A stretch of 64,000 bases of DNA from assembly GCF_041956535.1 (NCBI RefSeq), contig NW_027192202.1, forward strand, positions 257,723 to 321,722. Reading direction: 5' to 3'. Origin of the DNA: Calcarisporiella thermophila CBS 279.70 (lineage: Eukaryota; Fungi; Calcarisporiellomycota). Within the stretch, counting starts at the first letter, position 1, and every line of letters begins with the position of its first letter. Under the pieces are notes generated by a model that was given only the letters and a program-made list of their open reading frames with translations, ran no database searches and was not told the origin of the DNA. Of this stretch, positions 1 to 14,068 are shown one piece after another. Position numbers and translations under genes: made by a program.

Positions 1-1767
<1,767 letters not shown>

Positions 1768-2107
1768 ATTGTCTTGCATCCCCTTTTCTCCTCCGACAAC
1801 TTTTTTCCCCCTTCTTCTACTTCTTCTTCATTAAGCTATTCCTTTTTATTTGTTGTTTAATATTCATTCCGAAAAATTGCCTCTTCCGTAGTGTTTATGT
1901 ATGTTTCTTAGAGAGAAAAAAAACGAAGACAAAAAAATAGGGTGAAACCATTTATATAAAAATAACACTTTTGTAAAGACACTTGACGTAGAAAAACAGG
2001 GATTGAAGAGCAGCGAGGAAAAAAGTAAGAAAAATATTGCACAGCATATTACACAAAAGATTTGCTTCGTTCCCCAAAGCACCCGTTGCAAGATAGGTCA
2101 AGAGAGT

Positions 2108-2761
2108 TCATGTATAGTATTCGGGTTTAGCTCCCAAATTCACGCCATACTCAGCCAGTGAAGCAGCCAGATCATCCATGGTTAACACTGTCTTGCGATC
2201 TTTTCCGTAGCGCCTCTCCTTACTGCTCTGCGCTCTGATCTTACTATGTTGATATGCGTCGGTGGCAATGTCGGCGATGAATTTTTGAGCGGCAAGAGCA
2301 AGCAGGCGCTTTCTAGTATTTTTTTTTTTTAAAAAAAAGGTAGCACATTAAATCCCCAGTGAGCGATTGAAATTTTAAAGTGATTCTATTTACATCCGCA
2401 CATCATCACAGTCGAATCCAGCACGCCCAAGATAATAGTCGGTGACAGCATCAGGGATCTAGAAAATAAAAATGTATATAATCAGAACCAAAGGAAAAAG
2501 ATATTCGCATTCGACAAGCTTAATTGATGAAAGGCCAGATTGATTTGGTCAACTTACTATGGGCGTGTAATCGTTCATGGTGACCAAAAACTCGGCAAGT
2601 GTCCGATTCTTTCGCTGCATCTTCTCTTCTCTCCACGAGACCGATGCTTTTGTATCGGCAGCAGAGGTAGGACGCTCGTCGCCTGATTCTGTATCCTCGC
2701 TGTTTGCACGGTCAACATGCATAGGATCGCTTGTGCTCTGAGATGCCGATGGTTCATCCAT
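2108..2761 (-). CDS. TAF10: TFIID/SAGA subunit TAF10 (3 exons)
   Basis: LAEFLVTMNDYTPI|IPDAVTDYYLGRAGFDCDDVRI|KRLLALAAQKFIADIATDAYQHS...VLTMDDLAASLAEYGVN...KPEYYT*, the TAF10 histone-fold signature. Confidence 0.95.
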
Positions 2762-2950
2762 ATTGAACTGTGAGGAGTGATTAGAGAAGTGCTCTAGGTT
2801 TTAGGCTAAGACGCAAGAAAAGTCTATGCTAAATTTCTTCCAACTGAATTCACAAGCCACCAAATAGAGAAAACAAATGATGTTTAACTAGAGCTAATAA
2901 AATTTTCACTACCTATACAGATCAAACAGTGTTTGAAAAAATTGTACAAG

Positions 2951-4176
2951 ATGGCAGATCCCAAATTTCAATGCCGTATGTATGAAAACAAGTTCCCGGA
3001 GGTGGACGAACTTGTGATGGTGAATGTGCGCCAAATCGCCGAAATGGGCGCGTATGTGAAACTGGTGATTATACTACTACTTTGTTAATCCTACATGCGA
3101 TGCAAATACTGAGAATTTTTTGACCATTGTTTCACTTGTTTCCTGTCACAGTTGGAATATGACAACATTGAGGGTATGATCCTTCTCTCTGAGCTGTCCC
3201 GGCGGCGCATCCGTAGTATCCAAAAATTGATTCGTGTTGGACGAAACGAGGTGGTAGTTGTAATGCGTGTTGACAAAGAAAAGGGTAAGCTTGGACTCTT
3301 TTGAGTGTCCATGTCACTTACCCTTTACTGATGCGCTTATGATTCCATAGGATATATTGATTTGTCCAAGCGCCGTGTGTCACCCGAAGAAGTCACCAAG
3401 TGCGAAGAGAAATTCCAAAAGTCCAAGGCAGTACATTCAATCCTACGCCACGTAGCCGAAAAGAAGGACATGGCGCTGGAGGATTTGTACCAGCAAATCG
3501 GATGGCCTCTCTATCGCAAATATGGACATGCATATGACGCATTTAAACTGGCAATCTTGTGGGTTACTTTCTCCATTATTCACCTCCCATCACACTGACT
3601 TAATATGTCTCATCTCTTAGTGAGCCCGAGAAGATATTCGAGGACATGGAGATCGATCCTGATGTGATGAAGGAACTCGTCTCAAATATCCAGCGGCGGT
3701 TAACACCTCAACCCGTCAAAATTCGTGCCGGTACCTATTCCATTCTCTTTGAAATAATTGCCTCCTCTGAAGCCTTTTTTGTAACTGAATTTTTTTTTTT
3801 CCTATCCATAGATATTGAAGTAACCTGCTTTGCCTACGAGGGGATTGAGGCCATCAAGCGTGCACTCCGCGCCGGAGAGGCTTGTCAAACGGAGAATGTC
3901 AAAATCCAAGTCAAGCTTGTAGCTCCACCCCTGTATGTCATGTACACGAACTCCCTCGACAAGGGGCTAGGAATTGAGCTGCTCGATCGGGCCATCGGCG
4001 CTATTGAGGAATCTATTAAGAAGAGCGGCGGAAAACTCACCATCAAGATGAAGCCCAAGGCCGTCACAGAAACGGAAGACGCCGAGTTGGACGCATTAAT
4101 GGCGAGGGTAGAGAGAGAGAACGCAGAGGTGTCGGGCGACGAGGAGTCGGATGCAGATGGCGAGATTGATGTTTAG
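2951..4176 (+). CDS. SUI2: Translation initiation factor eIF2 alpha (multi-exon)
   Basis: [31 protein letters not shown]|[31 protein letters not shown] (regulatory Ser51 context intact); [10 protein letters not shown]; acidic tail. Confidence 0.98.
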
Positions 4177-4677
4177 TTTTCTTATTAGTTGGCATTAAAA
4201 TATAAAAAGGGATGCTTTGTTTGGCTTTATTTTAAACACTTAAATTCTATTCCTTTTTCTCGCTTCAAGGGGGGGAGAAGAATAAACGACGACGTTTTTA
4301 TGCATTCTAAAGGAAAAGTGAAGAGTGCCTTCCCAAAATGGCCGCCCGATATTATCACATTTTATATGCGCTGGAGAGTAATATATTGAAAAAACAGCGT
4401 CATTCGGCATATAACTCTATCAATATTAGATAGCCATAGATGAGTATATTGCTGTAACCGTTTTTTTTTTTTTTTTTGAGACCCAAATCCTCAATTCATG
4501 TCGCGAAAGTTCGAGTTTTTCCAACGGAAAACAAATTCTATTAAAGTCATCTACAGTGTGATAAGATAGTCCAAAAATGCAAATCTAAAAATCCTCTACT
4601 TCCTCATTTCCCGCCCATTTTTTTTTACTTTGTAGCAAAGTTAGAAAAGGAAGGTGGAAGAGGTTGGGAAACCATCC

Positions 4678-7269
4678 CTAATTTTCCCCAACCCCCCATT
4701 CTCCTACCCTAATCATCGACTTTTCATCTCCTCGCGCAACCTCCTCATCCTGTAGCACACCTCCCACACACTCCCACGGGTCTCGGCCCCCTCCCCATTT
4801 AAGCACTTCATCTCGTAGTCGCTCGCCCATTTCGCGGCTTAGCGGGTCCTTCTCGAAACACCGTGTCCAGATCCTTCGCGCAAGAACGCGATCGAAAAGA
4901 TAGCTGTAATATCCCGCCCCGTAGCCAAACAAGTGCCCGAACTGCGCCTGCCACCGAGTTCCCTCAACGGGGGGATAGATACCAATGCTCGGGCTGCGTT
5001 GTAGTGAGTGAAGCTCTTCGGTGCTCGAAAAGTTAGACGCAAGCGGCCCGTGGTAGGACTGATCCAGCAGCGCCATGATAATTTGCGACTGCGTGTCCAA
5101 GGCTTGAAACACTCGTGCCTTTCTATGGGATTCCAGCAATCGGGGCGGCAACGGTTCCCTGGATTGATAGTGCCGTGCAAACAACTGGAGAACATGGGGA
5201 TGAGCTGCGAAATGCTCCATCAAGATCGAGGGCAGCTCGACGAAATCCGTCGGGCAACGGGTTCCTGCCACATTGTGGAAATCAGTGCGACCCAGCATGG
5301 AATGCATTGCATGCCCCATTTCATGGAACAGTGTTTCGGTCTCCTGCCACGAGAGGAGAGAAGGATGATTGCGACGGGGCCGACTGAAATCACAGATAAG
5401 AACCACGATAGGCAACTGATACCTCCCCGAGCGGTTACGTAGAGGTACTCCCTCGTTGTATGGCCCAGAGAGAAGCCCCTTTTGTCGGAGCCCCTCGTCC
5501 AACTCCTCCGAGTGAAAATCACCCAATTCGTCGTCATCATCCACCCTCCGAGAGCACCTCACCGTGTAATGGGCCGCATTTGACATTTTTCCGTGGCGCG
5601 AAAATAGATCAAGATAGATCGTCCCAATTCGCCCCTCCACCTCGTCCACTACATCCAGCTTCCGTACGTCGTCGTGCCAAGTTTCTCCGGGCTGAATATC
5701 AGAAGGTTGAAGAGAGATGCCGTACAAATTATGGAAGAGACGTGATAAACCCTGCATGACGGACCCAACTGAAAAATAGGGAGAGATCGGTGAGGTTGGG
5801 CGCATCGCGTTATTGGACGTTACGATCTCGGCGAAAAACTCATGATCCCATGCATGGAAGGGTGCATCAGTCGTCCCGGTGTAAGTTCGCTTGGCCTGCT
5901 TAAGCAATTGAAGATCCTGTTGGGCCTTAGGATGGTTGTGCTCGGCCAGAGTTCGAAGAAACATTCGCACGTTTTCTATGTGAAAAAAAGTCGCGAAAAT
6001 GAGCATATCTTTGAGGGCTCCAGGGGGATATCTGAAAATAAAAAAAATTACCAGGATTCTTTGCCATTTTATCCGACAAGAACATGTGGGCATAGCTCTT
6101 TTGCCCCAAAAGGTTGGCCAGTTTCGATCTTGTTCTCAATAATCCCTCCAAGACGTCTACCGACTCCTCAGTGGCCGAGTTGGTAGCCATGTACATCATT
6201 TTTCTCACTTCTTCATCCCGCACATATTTGAGCACCATTTGCGAGTCCCAAGGCAGTGTCGGTATGAACGCGGCATTCTCCTTGGGTCGCATTACTCCTT
6301 TGATATAGGTTGGACTTAAGCCTTCAAGGCGAGACGATGGCCACACTCGTATGTGCGATGTGGCCCGAGGATTACCTTGCATGAACTGCCTGCCCAGTGT
6401 GATTATCCGGTCGCACAAGGTGACAAACTCAGTACGTTGGGCGTGCGGCAGGTGGATTCCAGACTTTTCAAAGTCTCGGAAGAATACTTGAGCAACCTGG
6501 CGTTCCTCCAACGTTAATTGGCGAACAATATGAGGAGACTCAAGAACTTGTTTGAGTATCTAGAACAAGATCCCAAAATTGGGGGAAATCGTAAATAACC
6601 ATGTAGAAATGAGAATAGAATTTCTCTCGTACTGACCTGATACAGTTGCACATTTGTATTTAATGTGTTCATGAACGTGCACAATTTCTCATAAGCACGA
6701 TTTGCAGCCTCGCGCATGGCCACATCGGGATGGGCGGAACGGATGAACTCTGCTGTATCAATTACAGAGCAAAGGACATCCGACAGTCGATCCAAATTTT
6801 TCACGACTTTCCTTAATTCGCCGTCGGAGGTTCCTGCTCTATAGAGACGCTGTACAATAAGAGTTGCTCGGTGGAGAGCTTTGTCAGCGGCATAGTCGAA
6901 TCCTTCGGGCTGAGCAAGATCTGGGTTGCCGAAGAGTCCAATGCGAGCTTTTGCGCCTCCGTGCCAGTTGGTCTCGAAGACATCGCCCGCGGATAGATTG
7001 TAGCGAGGAACATGATCTTTCCATACTTGAACATCGTCGAACATCAGCCGCAAGTATTCATCTGCCCCATTCTCAGCATGCTCCACGGAGACAGTCGCAG
7101 CCCCAAGTGGCGGTGATCTCGGCGTGTTCCCAGAGTGTACATACCGAATTTTACGGCCTGAGCGTGAGCATTGGAGGCATAGCGCATTCCTTGCAGGTGT
7201 ATACTGTTTGTGTGCAGTGTCAAATGAACGAAAATTCAGCAGAATGTTATTATACAGTCGGCGATGCAT
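4678..7269 (-). CDS. OCT1: Mitochondrial intermediate peptidase (M3 metallopeptidase, octapeptidyl aminopeptidase); start approximate
   Basis: LDRLSDVLCSVIDTAEFIR, FERSG-like FEKSGIHL, zinc motif TLFHEMGHAMH, GTRCPTDFVELPSILMEHF, FGHLFGYGAGYYSYL; Arg-rich N-terminal presequence; introns near 6630-6560 and 6051-5977. Confidence 0.95.
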
Positions 7270-7487
7270 ATGATGATAATTAACAGAATTAATGGGAAAT
7301 AAACGAAAACTATATAGGGAGGCCCACACTCTACAACGATGATAAATTGTAGAGCTCGCATCAGTTAAGATAATACAACGGCTGCGCACACAAAGTCACA
7401 AAATCAATGTATATCGTATCTGTTTCATGATATTGATGTTTTTGTTATTCTTAGCCCTCTCTCTTACTAATTCGGAAGAAAACCAGA

Positions 7488-8620
7488 ATGTCTGCGGCAG
7501 TAGCACCGAAGCAAAAGAAGGTCCATTACCCTTTCTGGTTAGGAGGTAATCTCTTTTGAAAACACGCAAAATTGGGTTCATTAACTCCTACCATGGCGCT
7601 CTATAGGAGCTGCGTCCTGCACCGCCACGCTTTTCTCTCACCCTCTTGACCTCACCAAGGTGCGTATGCAAACCCTTCGTGGCTCAAATCGGGGCATGCT
7701 TCGAACCATGATGTTGGTGGTCCGTGAGGAAGGTTTTCTGGCGCTTTACAACGGGTTAACTGCCTCCCTGCTCAGGCAAGCCACCTATTCCACTGTGCGA
7801 TTCGCCATTTATGACTTCCTGAAAGAGAGGACTCAAGGTATATGGATTTGGATACGGATTTTGCTCCTGTTCTAATCACCTATTGGTTCTTCTTTCTATT
7901 CAGGTCCACTTACTATGGACAAAATGGTGTTTAATTCGGTGATTGCCGGCTGTGTTGGTGGCGTGGTGGGCAACCCAGCCGACATTGTGAATATTCGTAT
8001 GCAGAATGACGGAAACCTCCCAAAACATCTTCAAAGATCTTATCGCAATGCCCTAGATGGTTTATATCGTATTGCAAAGGAGGAGTCAATAGTTGAATTT
8101 GCGCGTGGGCTCGGCCCAAATATCGTGCGCGCAACTCTTATGACAGCATCGCAACTGGTATCCTATGACGTATTCAAAGCTTTGTTACTACAGCAAGTTG
8201 GACTAAAGGATAATGTATGGACGCATTTTGGCGCAAGTTCAATGGCTGTAAGTTCTCCCTCTCTCTTCCTGGCCTTTTGATGCCGTCGAGGCTGAAAATC
8301 CGCATTTCTTTAGGGCCTGGTTGCAACGACTGTATGTTCGCCCTTTGATGTAGTGAAAACACGAATCATGAACGCGTCCAAAGATGGGCGCAGTGCACTT
8401 GATGTTTTCAAACTCACGCTAAGGCATGAGGGGGTATCCGCATTTTTCAAGGTACGCGCTCTTGTTTGATGACCACTGTATTCAGAGTAAAAATCTCCAT
8501 GACTAATCCTACTTGTCTCTCCAGGGATGGACACCAGCCTTTATTCGGCTTGGTCCGCACACCATTGTCACATTTATGGTTTATGAGCAATTGAAGAGAG
8601 CATGGAATAATCTGTTATAA
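7488..8620 (+). CDS. DIC1: Mitochondrial dicarboxylate carrier (SLC25A10-like; multi-exon)
   Basis: YPFWLG|GAASCTATLFSHPLDLTKVRMQ, ASLLRQATYSTVRF, GNPADIVNIRMQND, CSPFDVVKTRIMN, GWTPAFIRLGPHT: three PxD/ExxK/R carrier signatures. Confidence 0.92.
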
Positions 8621-9112
8621 AACAAAGCACCAATACTGTATAAATACCCTATAGAATATATTATATATAAGTTATTGATTCTAGATAACAAGCATTTATT
8701 ATTAAATTATCGCTTTTTTTTTCTTTCAGATAAATGAAGGCGCCAGTGATGATTTTTAAAGGAAAAATTAATTGAGAGTTAGGGTTTGTGCATTTGGATG
8801 CCAACAAGAAATTGGTAAAGAGCACTGATAGTCAAGGCGCTAAACTGCAGCAGGAGTAGCGCCTTGCATTTGTTGGGTGACTCCCCCCTCAAATTTAATT
8901 TCGAAAAAAGCCGAGGTAGAACGGCATCGAAAAATGCAACCAGCTCAGTTCAATCCAAATGCTTTTATTCGGTGTATAACCAATGGGACACAAAAGCAAG
9001 ACTAGAGATATATTGAACATGGGTCCATTTCGAAGACACAATGAATAAAGAGTTCCACAACAACTAAATACATTATAAACAATTGATGAACTATTCACAA
9101 ATAATTAAAAGC

Positions 9113-9424
9113 CTAATCGCTCGAAGCAGACGAGACCACCACAATCTTCGAATAGGTACTGGTGGGGCTGGTCGAAGGGATGAAAGTGGCATCTTCCGAG
9201 AGCTCTGCCATTTCGTCGCCCTCTCGGCCCCAGTTGCCGCGTCCTGCGCCGCGCTTCTTTACAATGACCCGGGGGTCAGAGCTGAAACCGTTTCTACAAA
9301 GAGATGGAGTCAGTATCATCTGGAACCGGTCAAGCTGTGTATGACATTAGTCTCCCTCACTCTACCTAGAATAATGTTTTACGTCTCTGTCAGTAGAAGC
9401 AGGGTGTTTGCAAGTACGGGTCAT
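9113..9424 (-). CDS. Small STF2/TMA10-like hydrophilic protein, 79 aa; exons 9424-9366 and 9293-9113
   Basis: Spliced: MTRTCKHPASTDRDVKHYSRNGFSSDPRVIVKKRGAGRGNWGREGDEMAEL...; the MTRT start and KKxGxGxGNWGxxGDE motif match yeast Stf2/Tma10 as recalled; 72-nt GT-AG intron with CTGAC branch site. Confidence 0.85.
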
Positions 9425-9799
9425 AATCAAAAGAGGAGAGAAAAAGGAAAAGAAAAAAGAAAGCTGGAGAATAGAACTTGGGAGAATAAAGATATTTAGC
9501 TAAGGTTTGGGTGAGGAAAAGGAGGAGAGTCAAGGAATTCCCCCCCTTTTTATAATTTTTCGACGGGCTTTTTCCACTCATTTTCGATCAAATTGCACAA
9601 GATATCGCGTGACTTTCTTGCGTAGCCGGTGGCTGAGGACTCCCATGCGCAGCACAGTTGGTCGCGAAAAATCTGGAACCTGCCCTCGTTCTCCATAGGG
9701 AGCATTGCGCTTACACCTCATTTGCAATTCACCCCCATCGGTGACGATTCCTCCGCCCCTCTTTAGTCTCTATCTATTATAGATCATATATTTCAGAAC

Positions 9800-10948
9800 A
9801 TGAACTACCTGACTAATCTTGTGTCCTACGGTCTCTATGGAGCTGGCATCAGCATCCTGGCAGGAGGAGCCCTCCTCTACACTTTTCAAACCGAGCTCAT
9901 TTATCCATCTAAAATACCGGAGGGATCGCGGACGCATGTAATTATTTCCTCTACCCTTGACAATGTCTGGCACACCCTTCTGGCATTAACACTGAATTCC
10001 GGAATTGTAGGTTGATTTGCCTTCGTCTTATGGAATGAACAATTTCGAAGATCTTACTCTTACGGCTCAAGACGGATTGAAAATACGCGCATATAATATT
10101 ATGCAACCTGACGAAGAGGCGACAAGAAATGCCAAAACGATTCTTTATTTACACGTATGGTTTGGAATGTATTACAACGCATTTCTTGGCGTAATCTAAA
10201 ATCGTTGGTCTGCATTTTAGGCTAATGCAGGGAATATGGGTCATCGTCTCCCGATCGCGAAAGAGTTCTACAATCGATGCGGGCTAAACGTGTTCCTATT
10301 ATCTTACCGCGGGTATTTTTATAAATTCCACCACTGTAGGGATTGAATCGCCTTTGACAATCCCCGTTTTCTCCTCCCCCTTTTTAGCTATGGACTGAGC
10401 GAGGGGACACCGAATGAGAAAGGAATGATGCTTGATGCAGAAGTATTTCTCCCTCTAATTGAAAGTTGTGCTTTGAATTGCCAGTTTATTTCTCTTTTTT
10501 TTTTCAGGCCGCACTGAAATACATTCGCCAACATCCTGTCCTTAAAAACACTACCCTCATCCTTTACGGTCAATCAATCGGTGGTGCTGTCGCCACCTAT
10601 CTCGCGTCTAACTTTCAATCTCAAATACAAGGTGTCATCATCGAGAATACCTTCCTAAGTCTGCCGCAGCTTGTCCCGAACGTCATGCCATGGCTGCGGT
10701 ATTTCACCTTCCTGTGCCACCAGGTCTGGCCATCAGAGAAATACATTCAGCAAGTGGATCAGGTTCCAGTGTTGTTCCTTGTCGGATCACGGGACGAGAT
10801 GATCCCACCCAGCCATATGCGGCGCTTATATGCTCTCTGCCCATCATCCCGCAAGAAAATAGTGGAGTTCCCCCGAGGTACTCACAATGACACGTGTATA
10901 CAGCGAGGATATTTCGATACTATTGTGGAGTATTTGAAGGAGTTGTAA
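9800..10948 (+). CDS. BEM46: Bem46/ABHD13-family alpha/beta hydrolase (multi-exon)
   Basis: N-terminal signal anchor, TILYLH|ANAGNMGHRLPIA, SYRG|YGLSEGTPNEKG, nucleophile GQSIGG, ENTFLS, DEMIPP, GTHNDT. Confidence 0.92.
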
Positions 10949-11329
10949 CAAAATAAGTTCATTCACAACTTGGAATAAACTGTTCTATTAGCCACTTATT
11001 TTTTTTTCTGGATGAAGTAGTTCGGAACGGGTTCAATTCAACCAATCCATCCACTCGAGAGACGAGAAAATCGATAAAAAATCCGAATGGAAAATTTAAT
11101 CAGGTTTGATGAAAGTGTGGTACAAACAGAATATTCAGGCAAAATAAAATAAAAAAGTAGCACAATTAAGGAAAGTTATACAATATATATGAAAGAAATG
11201 CCAGAGAAGGAGCGGAGGGAGACGGCTAATAAAATAAGGGGGAAAAATTACATAGGTTTGGCACTAGAAACAACAAGGAATAAATATATGAAGCCCAAAC
11301 TATAAAGATACAATCAAAGCAACAAACAC

Positions 11330-12879
11330 TCATTGGTGTCTCTTATTTCCCTGAGCGAGCACATGGAAGTGCTCACGATAGGATCCACGACCATTATCGC
11401 AGACCTCGATGCGCTTGAACCATGCATCCTCAATTATCTCGGGGATTGTAATGCGGGTTTTTGGGTCAGGGTCTAGAATGCGGTACATCATCGACCGAGC
11501 TCCTTTGCCAAGCCTGTCAAAGGGCTCAAAGGTGCGAGTGCGATGGGCCTCTAGATATTGTTTGTAGCCAGGATCTTCAAGGGTCGCGGTTCGGAAAGGA
11601 ATGCCTTGATATGTCATGCAGTAGTATACAATCCCTGCTGACCATACATCCAGCAGACGAGCGTCGTACTCGCCGCCGGAGAATGCCTCGGGAGCGATGT
11701 ATGGCTCAGAGCCGCAAAGGCCGCGCGATAAATGCGTCGCTTTCTCCCAACCCACACGGAACACATCGGATACGCCAAAGTCCGTGATCTTCACATGGCA
11801 CTGATCATCGAGCAGAAGATTCTCCGGTTTTATATCACGGTGCGCAACGCCATTGGAATGCAAGTAGTTTAATCCGTTTATAATTTGCTTGAAGCAGCAG
11901 TCTACCTCAAGGGTGGTCATGTGGCCGCTTTTGATAATGGAATAGAGGTCTCCTCCTGCGCAGAACTACCATGAATAACGAAAAAAAAAATAATTGCTTA
12001 ACAGGCCTCTACGAACAATAAGATCGAGTAAAAATTTACCTCCATCACCTCACACCAATGTTGGTTTTCATCAAGCACCAAGTCGACTGTCTCAACGACG
12101 TTGACATGGTGTAACGACGAGCTGATGCAGAACTCGCTTGTGAGCTTCTTAATATACTCTTTTTCGGACTCGTTTTTCTTGCGAGCGCGGAACTCTTTCA
12201 CCGCATACAACTTGTCTTGACTTCTCTTTTCGCCAACCGGGGGCTGAAGCTTATGAGCAAGTCGTACCACTGCTGTTGCGCCACGTCCGATGCATTCCTT
12301 GTCTCTCACTCCATACTTTTGGAAGAGCTGAGCTCTGCTTCTCCCACTGGTATCGCTTCTAGAGGAGGCTGAACCCTTACGGTTAAGGAGAGGCGCCCAT
12401 AGTTGATGCAGGACCTGACGGGATCCACTTTCTTGCTCTTCTTCATTAGTTAGCACCACTGGAGCATGATCATCGTCATCATCCTCATGCTTCCGCCGCT
12501 CGGGGAACATTTTGTGGACAAAAGATTTCTTATTTGCCCCGGGGGTATTTGCCGGATATTGACGGGGGGAGGCAGGGACCGAAGCATTGTCTCGCTGCTG
12601 TTGTACGCGAGGAGAGATACTGGATGTAGAGGATGTTGTGGAGGAGGGAGGCGAGGCTGAGAGGGCATATTCGCTTCCTGTGCGTGGACATGACGCCTTC
12701 GAGTCGAGCTGAGGAAGCCCGGCTGATGAGGCGGTAGAAAAGACAATTCCAGCAGAAGAATTTACGGACATCTCCGGATCAAAGAAGTGTTTTGTGGCAT
12801 CCCGCTTTGAGGTGACAGGGCGTCTGCGTACGTTACTATCGGCGGCAGGTGCCCAGAAGTTAGTTGTGAATGTGACCAT
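11330..12879 (-). CDS. Ser/Thr protein kinase, NPR/HAL (Hrk1/Ptk2/Sat4-like) family; one intron about 12039-11967
   Basis: [53 protein letters not shown]; Ser-rich disordered N-terminus. Confidence 0.92.
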
Positions 12880-14068
12880 GATTATGTGGGGAAAAGCAGG
12901 TATAGGGCTTTTGAGGAGGGGAGAGCAAAAGGGGAGGGGGGAGAGAAGAGTGTTTGGATTACGTTCGAGTATATAGGAAAATTGTTTGTAATAAGAGAAG
13001 GTTCAAGAAATGGAACGGCAATAGAAGGAAAAAAAAGAAATAGAAGAAAAAAAATACTCAGTCAAGGCTGTGTATGATTGTGATGCAGAGTGAGAGTTTT
13101 TCTATTCGCCGATATTCCCATCTCAATTTTGACGTCAGCGCAGATTACCCCTCTATTTGTTTAATGTATGACATATTAATCCATGCAAAAATGTGGTTGT
13201 AGAAAATATATCCGCTATCATTCTCACGACAAAACAGTAAAAAACGGGGAATGGGATAAACTAGCATCGACAACACATGCTCCGATTCCCCCTTAGGCGA
13301 GCTGGCGACGCTTTTCTGGTCTTGGTGACATAGAGGACTCGTGAGAAGAAGCATGACTAGTATGGTGTTCTCTGTGCATGCCTAAACCGATTTAAGGCAA
13401 GAGAACCCCTCACTGTAAACCCTATCTCTCGTTGTTGCATCACAAGAGCATGTGTTGTGCCAGTTCCAAGCGCAAAACAAACACGTTCAAACTCGCAGAA
13501 GCTCTATGATCTCCTCCTCGTGCCATGCTCTTACACAACGCAAAAATGGGAATTACAAAATTCTTGCGTTATTCCATATTTCGGATCCGTATCAAAGCGC
13601 AAATTAGACCCTATCCAACGACTATCCGACCTTGTCCTTGATTTGCAGACACTGAATTATCACCACAAACCCAGGTTTGTCTTTCTTTGTACACTTCTAC
13701 AAAAGCTACAAGTTTCACAATGGGCGATCCACGCGATCCATTGCATTGCCCTAAGCATTATATACATATTCCAGAGAGCGATTATACTCTCCATCCCGCG
13801 TTACCATCTATCCATGATGCCGTAGATGTTGACTAAATCGTTTGGATATTCGAATTTTCTAAAGAAACTTCTAGATTAACACGCCCTCAACGAACAGATA
13901 AGGAAAAACAGACTCCCGTTAGGTAACCACGTTTTCCTTTCTTGATCGGGCAAGTTAATCTCGATCATAAAAAACCGGGGGAAACACATTATTTAGCGAG
14001 TAATTGTTACCCCCTTCTCTTTAATTCCTTTGTTGGTCATTGCACACAATCCTTTTGACGAGAAGGAA

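Noticed and set aside
9083-9499. 138-aa plus-strand ORF
   Set aside because: Antisense to the spliced STF2-like gene, which has a recognisable motif.
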